A DNA stretch of 57,633 nt, counting the filler, from Sphacelaria rigidula (Eukaryota): assembly GCA_964200075.2 (NCBI GenBank). It is 5 parts of 5 records of this genome, joined end to end, with 100 filler letters (N's around TTAATTAATTAA, not from the genome) between each part and the next. Parts side by side here need not be neighbours in the genome. Positions count along the whole stretch, not along the records: positions 34,642 to 46,087 come from CAXNAA020004913.1; positions 46,188 to 57,633 come from CAXNAA020004914.1; 3 more parts are not named here. One strand, written 5' to 3'. Of the stretch, positions 38,036 through 51,059 are shown piece by piece. The position numbers were made by a program, and so were the translations under genes. The notes under the pieces are model-generated. The model worked only from the letters and a program-made list of their open reading frames with translations. It searched no databases and had not been told where the DNA came from. Within the stretch, counting starts at the first letter, position 1; the number at the start of each line of letters is the position of its first letter.

Positions 38036-38906
38036 GTGAGGGATGTTTGCCCGCCATGCACTTCCTACTGCTGTATAGCGACTGCATGAAACGGGGCAAC
38101 GTGAGACAGGGCACGAATCGCTTGTTCGGGATAAGGCGTGAGAAGTACACAGTTCAAGCTTTCCTCGGCCGATCCAACGGCTCAATGGCCCGCAAACGAA
38201 TGAATCCGACGGTGAAAGCACGTATTTACTCGTTTCGATAATGTCCGATGCGTCCGTTTTCCGTCATCACGACATTTGTGTTGAGGGACTCAGGAGAGCG
38301 TGCTGCTACAATTACTTCACCTCCTGGTGAACAGATCCAACACAAAAATCAAACGGTCTCTCGATTGTTGGATTGATGAACAGCTGGTATCGTCTGAGAG
38401 TCGTGAGCAAGAGTTTCAACTCGAGTCACAACACAAGGTCCGCTTCATTAGACTTGCTCTGCTACCTGCGTCAACGGGGACCGAGGGCTCCTCGCTCCTA
38501 ACGGACAAGTTGATTACTTGTTTTACGTAACATCGTGTTGGTGGTGAGTACCATGGTTGTCCAAGGTTTCCGTCTATGTCGCTCTACACAACGTGGTGGT
38601 TTGACGAGCGAGGTAGTGTGTTGGTAAAGGAGCTTAGAGGGGTAGACCAATCGTTCCTCAGGAACACCTTTTCCTTTATGCAGCATAGTGCACCGCATCC
38701 AGTTCTCCGACTCGTCCAGTATAAGCAAACATCTAACCCACTTATATCCACAGAAAACGGGATCGACCTGTCGAAGCGCGACATACCGGCGCACTATTAT
38801 CCTAACCCAAACAAATCAGCTTTTTTGTGATGCATGCAGTATGCAACGTCCCAAAGCCCGTCCCATGTGCAACCCATCCGTGCTAACGTGTTGGTCACCA
38901 CCCCAG

Positions 38907-39010
38907 GTTCATCGCCGGCGTGCTTTCGGGGCAGTCGGTGGCTGGAAAGTCATTGATTTCTGACGTGTGCGGGGAAGAGCACGAGATCGTGGGCATGGGT
39001 ATCTTGGCCA
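38907..39010 (+). CDS. MFS (ZIFL-like) exon: RFIAGVLSG..KSLISDVCGEEH
   Basis: ctaac..cccag| and |gtgagt, phase 2-1. Confidence 0.92.
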
Positions 39011-40117
39011 GTGAGTCGAGGAAAAGGACGCATCATTCCGCCAATTGTGTGTGCATATTGCTGCATGTAATATAAATATCAAGTACGCAGGTAGACATTT
39101 TTCTCCCACCGCAGGATATACGAAGGCAGCACATTGCAAAGGGTGTGTAGCAAGGTCGCAACAGCGTGTTTTGGGCCTTCACAGAGTCGCGAGAGGGTCC
39201 GGCCCTCGGAAGGTGTTCCAAGGATGTAGCCAACTGTCCACCTCTGTTGAATCGGCATCAATTTCAGTCGACAAAGTATCCGTGATCGAGATGGACTATC
39301 CTTGCGGTCCATGCGTTGACCGTCTCTGGACAAAATTAAGGCGGTACCTTGTAAAGGGTGTGTACGGGGGGGAGGATTGAACCCTTGAAGGGTCGCCAGA
39401 GGGTCTCGCCCTCGGAAGGGGTTCCGAGGGTGTACCAACAAAGTGCCCACCTGTCTCAGTGCACGAAACTGTACAACGTCGCCACGCCCCATGGGAGAAA
39501 CTTGCACTTCAAGTCATGAGGTGTCGGTTAGTCTGAATCCTGACATGAGAGTCTTTCAGGTAATATTTGTGACTTCGTCGTCCGAAAGTGTGACGAAAAC
39601 GAACAGCAATACCCACACGACAAACGTTGACCCGTCTGGGTAGTGCCGGTTCGAGGCCCGATAGTCATGTACTTATGCGCGAAGCAGTTACCGAGGAAGA
39701 GGTGAGGGGAAATTTAAACTATGGAAAGTAAACGAGAGGTATATCGGTATATAATTGCCGCCGCGGTGCCCGGGCAATGATTGCGGGGTCAGAGAACAGT
39801 GCCATCGAAGCACCACCCTCACGCGTGCAGAACAGTGAAGGTGTACACCTGGCCAGAGAATAAACCACATGTGTGGAAATCGATAACCCGTCTCCCTAAC
39901 ATATCGAACTTGGGCCACTGTGCACTGGAGTATTGCAGCAGACCAAGCGGGGTTGCTGTGCGACAGTGAGTTATGAATCTGCACAGTCATATCATCAACC
40001 CTTCGAGTGGCTGAACAACACGTCCACAACGTCATAGCGTCATTGAACAGCAAACCGAGGCGGGCTCACCTTGCTCATTTCCCCGGCGGGCTGTACGTTC
40101 GTGCTTTTCACCATCAG

Positions 40118-40223
40118 CATCTTGGTCACTCGGGCTGAGCATTGGTCCTGGTCTGGGAGGCCTCCTCGCGGAGCCGGCGACGTTCTTCCCTGAGACGTTC
40201 TCCCAAACTGGGCTTTTCGGAAG
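40118..40223 (+). CDS. MFS (ZIFL-like) exon: SWSLGLSIGPGLGGLLAEP
   Basis: atcag| and |gtgac, phase 1-2. Antiporter motif C. Confidence 0.92.
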
Positions 40224-40422
40224 GTGACGTCAAGCAAGTCACGTTAGCCTGCCGGGACTGACACCCTTTTGTCCAGTTCGCGCTGGAGCTCCGACCTCCT
40301 CTGTCAAGACGCTTTGTGCGCCATGTTGAACAACGACAAATTGCACCTTTTCGCGCTGCTTCGTTAGAGTTGCGTCTAGTCGACACCCCCCTACTTCGTC
40401 CGATTACTGACCCGCTCCTCAG

Positions 40423-40533
40423 GTTTCCGTACTTGCTTCCCAACTTGGTCGGATCGGGGTTGGCGGTCATCACTTTGCCGATGGCGTATTTCTTCCTTGC
40501 GCGGCAGAAAACCGTAGAACAGCGCAGCCACAG
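40423..40533 (+). CDS. MFS (ZIFL-like) exon: RFPYLLPNL
   Basis: ctgac..ctcag| and |gtaca, phase 2-2. Confidence 0.92.
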
Positions 40534-41139
40534 GTACATGTGAGCCGGTTTTTCCTGAGTGTTGTCTGTATTTGTGCCTTGTTCCGCAAGCGATTGAACT
40601 GTAAAGCATCCGCGTTGGTGTTGGTGTCTGAAGAATACATTGTCACTTGCAACGATGTTATGTGCACCCTTCGCATGGGCGACTCGAACGCTACATCATG
40701 TCCCACCGTGTTACCCGCGGTTACGTGCAACCAAACGGATTCCCTTATTGGGCCGCACGATCGCAGTGTGGAATCATCTTCAAATGCATTTTGAATCAGT
40801 CTGCTACACAGCGCGGGTTCTGCTATCAGCGTATCTTACGCTCTGCATCTAAGGTTGACGTCACCCGTTCCTCGGCCCTGGAACCGTTCGATGTGGGCTT
40901 AAAACCGTTCAGCGTTTCGTGGGAGATCTCGCTCGAGGTGATGACTAGTAACTGAGCGCGTATGTTGACGCTACAGATCAGGAAGCCAAGGCAAGCATTT
41001 CGAGAGGTATATGGTTGGACGACATCGGGTGCACCATTTATCAGTGATAGCTTGAAGTGATTTTCTATGTTTGTTTTCCCTTTGGATCAACTGCATACTC
41101 CATCGCGGTCAGTGTAATACCAATATTCACCCCGCGAGA

Positions 41140-41365
41140 ACAGGAAGGGGAGGGGTATTCCGCCCTCATTTATCCCACGAAATTCCACGTCAAATCGTCG
41201 TTGAAAGCAGCAAACGTTTGTTCGAACGCGCTTGTTACCAGTAAGGGACGCTCTTTCATACTGCTTGACACCCTTTTCCACCCAAATGAAAGCACAACGT
41301 GATCGTGGTGGATCCTCTGACGCAATTCTCAGCCGCTGTTTTTGTAGATTCCCCTCTCCCTGTCA
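41140..41365. mobile_element. Degenerate copy of the 252-bp MITE (TIRs eroded)
   Basis: cgaaatt...atcgtcgttgaaagcagc...catactgc is shared with 21586-21837 (inverted) and 54250-54410. Confidence 0.75.
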
Positions 41366-41600
41366 CAAGACCTCACCCGATATTTTCAAAATCTACGCAT
41401 TCGTTGGCAGGGCACGCGCTACTGCTGTTCGGCGAAATACGAACAACATGGCTGTTCCCTTCATGCTTCATTAATTTTGCAGAGATTTGTCATGCTGTTC
41501 TTTCGTCCACTTCTGTTGTGCATATGTTCACCATGAGTCATTGCTTAGTGCGTGAAACTCGGCGTTGTTGGGTTTGAAACGATGAGATATTTACTTACTC

Positions 41601-41932
41601 CACACGCGGCCATCTGGCTACCTCCGAGATTCCTCCAGATGGGTAAACGTTTCGAGCCTCGAGAGGAATTGAACGCCTCCGGAGGAATGCACGGCCCTCC
41701 AGAGGACATTTTTTGGTGTCCTCCAGAGGAATTAGACGCCTCCGGAGGCTTAGTTTAGCTTCTGGTGGGCCGCGCATACCCCCACATTCCTCCGGAGAGG
41801 TGCGCGGCTCTCCGGGTCCGTAGTGTTTGGTTTATTCCACAGAGACTGAAGGCCTACGGAGGCTTGTTCTCCTCTGGAGGGCCGGGCATCCCTCCGGAGG
41901 CATTTTGGGGATTAGCCAAATGGCCGCGTGTG
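41601..41932. mobile_element. MITE with CAC...GTG TIRs and 2-bp TSD TC (CMC/EnSpm-like)
   Basis: tc|CACACGCGGCCATCTGGCTA...TAGCCAAATGGCCGCGTGTG|tc. Multiple internal CCTCCGGAGG-type palindromes. Confidence 0.88.
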
Positions 41933-42437
41933 TCGGGAGAAAATTCAACCACGAAAAATCTCGAACAAGCTCTTCCTCTGTTCTTACTGTTCTATTTGGG
42001 GCACCTATACGTAGAGTCTATGCTCAGTATATGTTGGGACATAGATGTCGATATGTGGGCAACTGTTAACTGCAAAAGGCATTTACTTTCGTGGGGGGTT
42101 ACTGTGAACACCACCGTGGATCAATATGCACGCAAGAGAGGCACATCAAACCCAAGCTTCCCGGTATTTTCAACAGCAACTTACGGTCACACCTAATGGG
42201 AACCTCGAGTTCGAGACACCTCTAAGTTTGTGGAATAGCGCCCAATTTTGAGAGTGATAGAGGGAGAGATATGCCCTATCTCAACCTACGTGTCACGGCC
42301 ATCGTATACTGTGTTGTCGTCCCATTTATATCGACACTGTGATAGTATTACTGACGATATCACTGCGACTGGTTACGTACACCTGTCACAGCAAATATCT
42401 ACCCCGCACGTTTCGTGCGGTCCCGTCTTTTCGTCAG

Positions 42438-42936
42438 GCACCAACTTCTCAAAATCGACACGGACATCGAAATCCTACCACGTGATACGTCTGACCCGAG
42501 TGCTAAGACACCGTGCCATTCCAAGGAAAGAGCACGTGGATGTGCTCACAGCACTTCAGACACGGGTTTCGAAACACCTCATTGCCCTTCTAGGAGGTCA
42601 AGCCACCACTTCGTATCGCCTGGTCGAATATTCTACCCATCCCCAAGGCATGTCCGGAATATTCCCGACGCCTCCGCTGCAACACCCCGCGGGCCGGTAG
42701 GATCCATCGACTATGCTGCTGCCGTAACTGTCCTCCCGCCATCGGTATCTCCATCACCGAGAGAGGATACGACCGAGCCACCGCGTCAACGCGTGTCATT
42801 TACGGAGGATGAAGACAACATATCCGTCGACGGCAGCTCCGGTGCTACGCATAATGTGACGAAACTATTGAGGAGCGAAAGGTTGCTGGAAACCGCCAAC
42901 GTCCGGGGCGTCATCGCCACGTACGCTCTATACTTG
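42438..42936 (+). CDS. MFS (ZIFL-like) exon: long central loop and start of TM7
   Basis: gtcag| and |gtgag, 499 bp, open, phase 2-0, ends NVRGVIATYALYL. Confidence 0.8.
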
Positions 42937-44536
42937 GTGAGATGGAACGATCACTTCTGAGTTCGGATGGAAGGTTTTCGAACGCAGGCAACGAACAGTG
43001 GGGTTGGTTCACTTCTTGAGGGCACACGTCGAACTCATCACCACCCGCCCAAGGCAATGTGCTCTGTTTACAACGGCACATTTCCCCATGTGCCCCAAAT
43101 GCCAAGCTGGCGAGGGAGAGATACCTTTGATTCTGCATAAAATACCTTGAGACGGCAGCGTGTGCGCGGAATGTTTAATGCCGATAACACTCTGCGAGCC
43201 ATGCACATGATTCCCCGCGTAAGCTCGGGGTATCACCCATGTATCATGTTCGTACCTCGATGTATCAATGAGGTGAGGGCGACTGAGATGACTGAGATGG
43301 CCATCGGCGGTAAATGGACACGATCGATGGCCGATCAGAGTCAGATGAAAGATACTATTCGTTCATCGAGTGTCCAGGGGAGAGTCACAACAGGGGATTG
43401 CAGCACCTTTCTAGCTTGCATGCCGTGATGATCCATAGAAGCTCCCAGAAAATAGTCAGCCAACGACGTACGGAAGATGGAGGCGCCAAGCCGACGTTCC
43501 GCCACTTGCGGACCCGTAGTCACGACTCATGTTTTGCTGCTATCATTTGTACCTAGATCATATTTCTATGTATGGTATGATGGCACTGTGTTCAACTCAA
43601 CAAAGACTCTCGCACGGAGGAATAGACTATGTTGGGCACGCCCGGTTGAAGTATTCAATGTAATGAAGGAAATTGAACAACTGCATGGGCTGGAATTTCG
43701 ACGATACTACGCACTCCAGTAAAAATGGAGAAGAGAGCGTATTTAAGTAGGCGGAGACGGCGATTGCGGTTATTTTAGTGGGTGGCGGAAGGACGGGGAG
43801 TTTGGGAGACGAAAACGCCGCGCTTTTTATATCGCACTACCCTGCGGGATCCACGGTCGTCGGATCAGCGCCCGGAGGATAACCACATGGCTCCCCAGGG
43901 CTGTCGCACCAGCGGGCATAGTATGCTGAATACGCGTACTCAATGATTTCACCAAATGCTGAAGAATGGCAGCGTCAGCGGATATGGCATCGTTATACTC
44001 CATGGCGTAAGAATTAAAATTGTCGTAGTTTGGCCGTGCCATAAGTGACCCTGGAGCCGACAACGACCTGCGAATCTCCCACGAAACGTTTTGGGATCTG
44101 TCTTCTTGTGTGCAGCGTTCGTAGGATATCCACCGGGCACCTCAAGGCTTCAGTATAAATGGGCAAGGTGTGCTAGGTACGTATGCTTTGCACTTTTGCA
44201 GAACGCGACAAAACGGATATCTGATTGAATATGCAAGAGGCTATACTTGAGTCGACGTTTTGATGAGAATTTTCGGTTTTTACACTGTCGTCACGAAGTG
44301 CCATCAGAACTCGCTGCTGATGAGAGATTAACTAACTGCATGCTGCGAACCATATCCACGTACAACCAATACCGCACAACGTACCCTTCGCAGCTTGAAA
44401 ATCGATCAAGAGAGTGTATTTTTTAGGACGTGATGTATCCCGGTGCATTCTGGGGCCAGCAGCGTGTGTCGCTTCCTCTGTGCGGGCCAGCCCTCATTCC
44501 TCCCATATGACATCGTCCCAGACACATCCTCATGTA

Positions 44537-44537
44537 G

Positions 44538-44593
<56 letters not shown>

Positions 44594-44687
44594 GCTGATG
44601 TTGTCTTCACATTACCAGCCGTTCCGATATCTGTGCAGTACTCTGTACTGGGCATCTGATAAGGACGCCCTTCGTGGTCACAGGCTA
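44537..44687 (-). repeat. Retroposon 3' end with a (CAA)n tail
   Basis: (GTT)n at 44537-44594. Homologous to 47257-47362 in the opposite orientation. Confidence 0.8.
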
Positions 44688-44732
44688 ACTATCCATCGTC
44701 TCTGGATTTCCTCTGTGCAATTCGTGGTGTAG

Positions 44733-44828
44733 TTCGTATATTCTGGATTCACTGAGGTGTTTCCGCTTTGGGCTCTGAGCAGCGCGGCGAGGGGTGGCTT
44801 GGATTGGTCGACCAAGGATCTGGGAGAG
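44733..44828 (+). CDS. MFS (ZIFL-like) exon: FTEVFPLWALS..GGLDW
   Basis: tgtag| and |gtatg, phase 0-0. Confidence 0.92.
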
Positions 44829-45730
44829 GTATGACGTTTCGACAAACTGTGCATGTTATGCGCCCATACCACTTCCTTTGCGCTCCACCCTACTTTCTGA
44901 GTTGTAGCGAGTCAAGTCTCGGAATGGCAGCGAGGACGCTCAGTGCGTGTCAAATGGAGGGAGGCATCACGGATTGTGTGCTGGATATGGGTGATATGAC
45001 GGGATTTGAATTAATTCCGCAATGGAGATGGACTACTGCGGTAGGTTTTCGCGCGGTCGTTCGCTTGTGGATCGGAGTGCTGTCATATTGTAGTCGCCTA
45101 TTTTGGAAGCGGTCCCCCAAATGTTAGCTTGTGTCGTGATAACGCGCGGCTGCCGTCAACTGCGACTGAGAGGTAGTTATTGTTATTCAACCAAGGCGGA
45201 GATGTCACGTCTGGGTTCTTATGCCGTGACATCTACTTTCACAAACGCACGCTATCGACAATACTCTGCACAGCATACCGGCGGATACCGCCTTCTAGAA
45301 GTATTTGAGAGTAGCCTTGAGAATTTACCCTGGATGATGAGTACGTCGACCATCGCATATTATCCAACAAACCCGCGTCTCTTGAACTTCCCCAGTGCAC
45401 AACGGTAGTTGGGGATCAGGCAAGGACGCACTGAGTATCAGATGATCCGTGTCCGTCTCCTTGCCATACGTTCGAAGTTGTTCTGGAGAAAGACACGGGT
45501 CCTAAGGGCGATCTGTCGTTCGTTTTTCCTGCTTCATTACCGCTTCCTGAAGTCGCGAACGCCGCACGTTGTGTCATGCTGTAGACTGTCCTCGGGATAA
45601 AATGATCATCTGTAGTCCCGCCCTGGCGGCTTGTTCGGTTTCTCAACTCCCGCGAAACAATACCCTCAGCTGCAGTTATTTCCGACCAACCTCCCATCGC
45701 GTCCTCGACGCCCCTACCCCGTTGTGACAG

Positions 45731-45952
45731 ATCTACTTCCCTTGTGGAGTGAGCATCCTCATCTTCGAGATGTTCGTCATTCCTTGCGTCACTCAGCGCA
45801 TAGGAGTCAAGACGTCGCAGCGCTTGGCGGTAATCGGCTCAGGACTGAGCTGTCTTACCGTCCCCTTACTCTCGTGTCTCTCTGGCGCCGGAGCTCCCTT
45901 GTACTGGGCCAGTCTTTTGGTTTTGTTCTCGAACAACGCGTGTTTCAATGCG
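45731..45952 (+). CDS. MFS (ZIFL-like) exon, TM8-10; remaining exons lie beyond the contig end
   Basis: gacag| and |gtgagt, phase 0-0, hydrophobic. Confidence 0.9.
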
Positions 45953-46010
45953 GTGAGTGCTTTGTAGGCGATTTGGTCACGAGCAGAGCCATGTCTATCA
46001 TCGGCTCTCC

Positions 46011-46087
46011 CACTGGTGACGCACCCATGAGGCTGATATAAGCCGTGGCTGTCTCTGGAAGTAGCGATACCAGAAAGTAAAGCAACT
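46011..46087 (-). repeat. Distal part of repeat A at the contig end
   Basis: Reverse complement of ctggtatcgctacttccagagacagccacggcttata. Confidence 0.88.
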
Positions 46088-46187
46088 NNNNNNNNNNNNN
46101 NNNNNNNNNNNNNNNNNNNNNNNNNNNNNNNTTAATTAATTAANNNNNNNNNNNNNNNNNNNNNNNNNNNNNNNNNNNNNNNNNNNN
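46088..46187. other. Artificial contig spacer
   Basis: N44-TTAATTAATTAA-N44. Confidence 0.98.
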
Positions 46188-46955
46188 CGGCTAATGACGA
46201 ACGTAATACCCATCTAATATGCACAAATGTGGCATCATACTGACCGCAATGAACAGACGAAAAGGGTGACATAGCCGGATTTTTCTTCAAGGCTATAGCG
46301 GTTGCGGTTTGGACAAAAATACGTCTAGACCAATCAGCGCCTTTCATATTGTTTCGAAATTGAAAACACGAATTCCAAGCCCAATTTCCACCGAATCTCC
46401 ACATGGTTCAAATCGTAGTAACCGTCATCAGCTTGGGAATCTAACGGGAGAAACAGATTTCGAAAACGGTTCCAACGGGGTCGAATTTTGCTCAAAACCC
46501 TAATTTCTCGGTGATGTGGAGCTTTGGCGTCGTCTAATTTCCACTAATGATAGGTACGAAAGACCCACGGAGCCTCGAGACGATTTATCTTTTATCTGTT
46601 GGAGAAAAGCTCAGATCATCCGCAAACTTGGCAGTTCCATAGGCATTGATGCTCCAAATCGAAAAATTATATTTGTGGCAAGATTTCAAAGGTTTCTCCG
46701 TTCTCTATCGGCTTCCGGGGGTCCCAGCATAAAGACCCCCAGAAAACCGGTACAGAATGCCCCAACACCAAAATTTTGACATCTTAGGGTTAGGTGGTAT
46801 CCCATGGAACATGTGTACCAGTTTTCGTTGCTTTGCTCGAAAAACTGAATCGGCTGGGTCTTTTACCGTGAAAACAACCCCCCAAAAGGGCGATTCTTTA
46901 CTTTCATCAAGTAATTATAGACTTTTTAATACTTCAGCGCACGTTTTGGCATTTC

Positions 46956-47210
46956 CTCACGCCGTTTTTCCGAGTTAGACCACGAAACTTTGCACACATG
47001 TTCTGGAGGGCACTATCTGAAAATCGAAGACCGTTTTTTTTTGGTTAATGGCTTTTTTTCCAAGGTCGCGGTTGACCTACTTCACCGGGGGAGGGGTCAG
47101 ATTCCGACTATCTCGACGCCAAAAATAAAAAAACGTTCTTCGAGTTTTAGATAGTACCCTCAAGAACATGTGGGCAAATTTTCGTGGTCTAACTCGAAAA
47201 AACGGCGCGA
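46956..47210. mobile_element. Inverted-repeat (foldback/MITE-like) element with about 90-bp arms
   Basis: cgagttagaccacgaaa...cacatgttct pairs with agaacatgtg...tttcgtggtctaactcg. Confidence 0.85.
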
Positions 47211-47256
47211 GTAAATCCCGGGGAATGAATTTTGGGCGTTCAATCTGAACCATCTC

Positions 47257-47362
47257 GTAGCCTGTGACCACGGAAGGCTTCCGCAACAGATGCTCAGTGC
47301 AGAGTCTGCACATATGTCGGCACGGTTTGTAATGTAAAGACGATGGCAACAACAATAACAAC
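47257..47362 (+). repeat. Retroposon 3' end with a short CAA tail
   Basis: tagcctgtgaccacgg...gtaatgtaaagacgatggcaacaac. Confidence 0.8.
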
Positions 47363-47991
47363 ACTTCGTTTCCTTATTGTTTTTGCCCTCACACTGTGGG
47401 TACTTGAACCTATAACTGCGAACCTCGCCGCGGAGCAGTTTGGCCGGTTGACGATCCAGGGACACGCATGAGATTCCACGGGGTGGGGGGATGGGTTTAG
47501 CAGGGGAAGGGGGTGGGGGGGTGGGGCTCGCAGAACAGCCGGAATGCTCACTATGTCATCCGTCAGCCATGTCTGTTGGGCAATCCTAAGCCATGTGACC
47601 ATTTCGAAAGTTGTGATTGATCAGAATGGTCACCTTCCCCCACAGACCGACTTCAGATGGACTACGTAGCTGCGAAGCCGTATTTGACCATTCGGGTAAT
47701 GACCACTCAACCATAGGAAACATTCGCAAAGGGCGTGATTTTCACTCCGCTCGTACTCTTCGCCGCCTGCACCTTGTTGTGTTGCCAGCTTAGCTTCACA
47801 TCGTCCTGCAGTGTTGTGGAGCACTAAGCAGAGACATGAGCAGCGTGGGGTAGACTGTCAGTGGAGAGCGATGCCATGCTGACTGTTTCTTACCGTTGTA
47901 TTCAGCCACTGACGATAAAAACAAATCGCATGTACGGTAGAGTACCAGCATCAGCTGTGGCAACAGTACAGAGGCAGTAACAAAAGAGGTC

Positions 47992-48316
47992 AGTTTACCA
48001 CTTGGGATGGTGAGAAATTTCTCAAAAGCTTATAACTTCGAACAAAACATAACACCAACACTAACCCTAACCCTAACCCCAACGAAGGCACACCGAGAAC
48101 CCTCGGGCGAGGGGGGGGAGAGTGTTGACATATGCAAAGGGTGTGTTGCCAGACCTCAAATCGGCGCCCCAGGCGCCGATTTTGACCGAAATGCGTTCTG
48201 CGCAAGCTAGGAGCACGCTTGGAGCATAGCCCCATTAAAGATCCGTATTTTCTCTGTTCACACTAAAATCAAGTCGAACTATCTGAAAAATTTCTCACCA
48301 TCCCAAGTGGTGAACT
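47992..48316. mobile_element. MITE with 33-bp TIRs and internal telomere-like (TAACCC) repeats
   Basis: agtttaccacttgggatggtgagaaatttctca pairs with tgaaaaatttctcaccatcccaagtggtgaact. Interior resembles about 36060-36175. Confidence 0.85.
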
Positions 48317-51059
48317 CTACTGTAAAAAAACAAAGTACGGTTGATACCACATGCGTGCAAGATCGAAACACGGTAAAATTGCGTCAGCCCTGCCCCGAAA
48401 AGTAGAGTGTGTTCGGTGGAGAGCGACGGTACGCTGTCTTCCATACCGTTGTATATCGTCGCTGATGAAAATAGTTCACATGTACGCAGAGTAGCAGCAG
48501 TGCAGACTTGGTGGGGATTGTCGATTAAGGGGTAAAGTTGGGACGATGTGACATGTGTGGAGAATCGAAACACGCTCAAGGTGTGCCAGCCCTGCCCCGA
48601 AAGTACCAGGATTGCCGGGAGAGCATATACGAGCTGGGCCGGCCTAGACGTGGATTGAAGCTCTCAAAGCAGTATCTCATCGACACGGACGAGTTGGGCC
48701 GTGATCCGCATAAACATATCCTATTCATCTTCTGATCATGGGGAAGGTGCCCATCCGCGCAAAAGTCTGGGCCATATTTTTCGTTGATTGAACCCCACGT
48801 CTTGTTATTCCGATACCATACAGATATATTTTCCATACTGAAGTCTTTAAGAAACTCCGAACGATAGATACAGCGGATGATGACAATTTTTGGGGGTGAG
48901 CGTTCCCTGGAGCACGGGAAAACGATAGATACCCTCACCTCCGCCTAATTCGTTATCTATCTCGAGATATGGCGCACATAAGATTATATACTAAAATCAA
49001 TATCATTACGAGCGAAGGGACTATTTGCACTAAATCTGGATATCGCGTCTCAGTTTTTGAGAGGGGTGCTTTGAAATTTCGTGTGGAGAATCGTAAGTGC
49101 GTGATGAAAATATTTTTCTTTTAAGCTTTTTTTTACTTTTTTGTTTTGGGGGAAATTTAAGAGAGAATGTACTCGGACCTCATCTCCATTTTTCAGCTCA
49201 CCTAGAATTGTGATTTGAAACTCATCATGGAGAATCGCAACGGCACGCCGAAGAAACAAAATGAACCTTCAACTTTTATTTTTTTGAAGTGGTATGGGTG
49301 TTCTCGTGAAAACATGGTCTCTACCATTCTAAAACGTCCAATTTACAACGAAAATCAAAATCAAAATCAAAATCAACCTTCTCCACTTTTTTGGTTCATT
49401 ATGGCCTAGCGAGTTTCCACACAAATTTCAATACGCGAGTTCCAAACCTGGGCCAGTAAGTTGCCTGGCGAATAGTGTTCAGAATGTCGCCCGGCCCGGT
49501 TTCTAAAACGCGTCGTCAAGGCTCAACGTCGAGAGTTGGACTTTCAAATTTGATTCGGAGAATCAGTAGGGCATTATTATTATTATTACTATATCCATCA
49601 CATTAGCTCGATCTCTCGAACCCGTGGTCATACTTGAAAAAATTAAGCTGGAACGGATTTTTTTTTCCCGTGCCGTTTTCCTAAAAGCTGGTCCTTGATT
49701 ATTGCCATCAACTCATGAAGAACTATGTAACAAATATTTCCGTAACGGTGCATATGGGCAAAACGTTTTCCGAAAGTCTCTAGTGTCCAATTTTCTTGGG
49801 TTGTGCCGAGTGCCAACGTCTGTGTGATTTTTCGAGTTTGCGCTTTTCCTGCCCGTGCGAACACTTGTCGGACAGTCCCGCAAAAATTGAAAAATGATCC
49901 GTTTGTTGACGTAGATGAAGGCCTCTCGGACATGGATACCGCGCAGAAGTTTTCACAGAGAGTCGTTTTTGATCAACAAGATAGAGTCCGGAGCTTGAGA
50001 GTGGCAGGGATCTAGCCGAATGCCACACCATCAAGAACGCTTTAGTTGGTACCGATCCAAGACCTCACACGATGCCTGTGACAGCAAGTGCTGCTGGTGT
50101 TATCACCGCTCGTGGTGATCTCCGTGCGCCGTGGTAAAATACGTCCAACACTTTGCTGTCGTTCCTGATGGCTTCTCCTCTAGCGGAGTCGCATTTTCGC
50201 TTGTTTTTTCTTGTCAAATTCCAGACACCTCCCCGTCCTCGGAATGCGCCCATATTCTCGAGGCGTTAGCCAGCCTATTTCTTCCGCGATCCCTGACTGG
50301 TAATTTATTGTTGAGCAGTGGGTCCGCACTCCCATAGCCGGTTGGTCGACTTCATGCCAAATTCGAGTCAGTCGGATGTACTCCCTGATGTAATGCAGGT
50401 GATGCGAAATTGTATGTTCCAGCTTTGTTGCTGCTGAAACCGTTGAATATTCGTGCGCACGAGTGCAGTGGGATCCCACCACAGTGCCGTTAAAATTGCA
50501 CTGTCATGATCCAGAGCCGCTATACTGCTATCGAGTAGTTGCACTATATCGGCAGTGCGCGGCGCCCCATAATGTTGCCGTCATGAGATTTTTGGTAACC
50601 CACCGCACTGTAATGGGACCGTCACTATACTGCATGAATAATAGTAGGCACGCCGTGTTAAGATGGCATATGGCGAGTGAGTGAACGGCTGCTCGTAGAG
50701 GGCAAGAGCCAATTGAGGCCAAGGAAGCACGTAGGAGCTGCACGTCGATGAATCCGTACGAAAGCGCCTTTGTCATCCCCCGTGTAGTACTTTTCGGCGC
50801 GGGCGGTACGGTACGGTTCTTGAGTACTCTTGCGCGCGTTTTTGGCTACAATCGATCCCTCGTGGGCAACACCTTTGCTGCAACCCCCGGAGGATGTCGA
50901 CGTGACAAAAAAATATGCCTTGCAAAAATGCGATTCAGTAGAGGCGTTTTTCCTCGCGGGGAATCTCCGAAATGCCACATTTTGGGACGGTTTCGCAGGC
51001 AGACACGCGAAACACCTTTGACAATAACTACTGCTGTAGATATCATTTCAAAGGTATAG

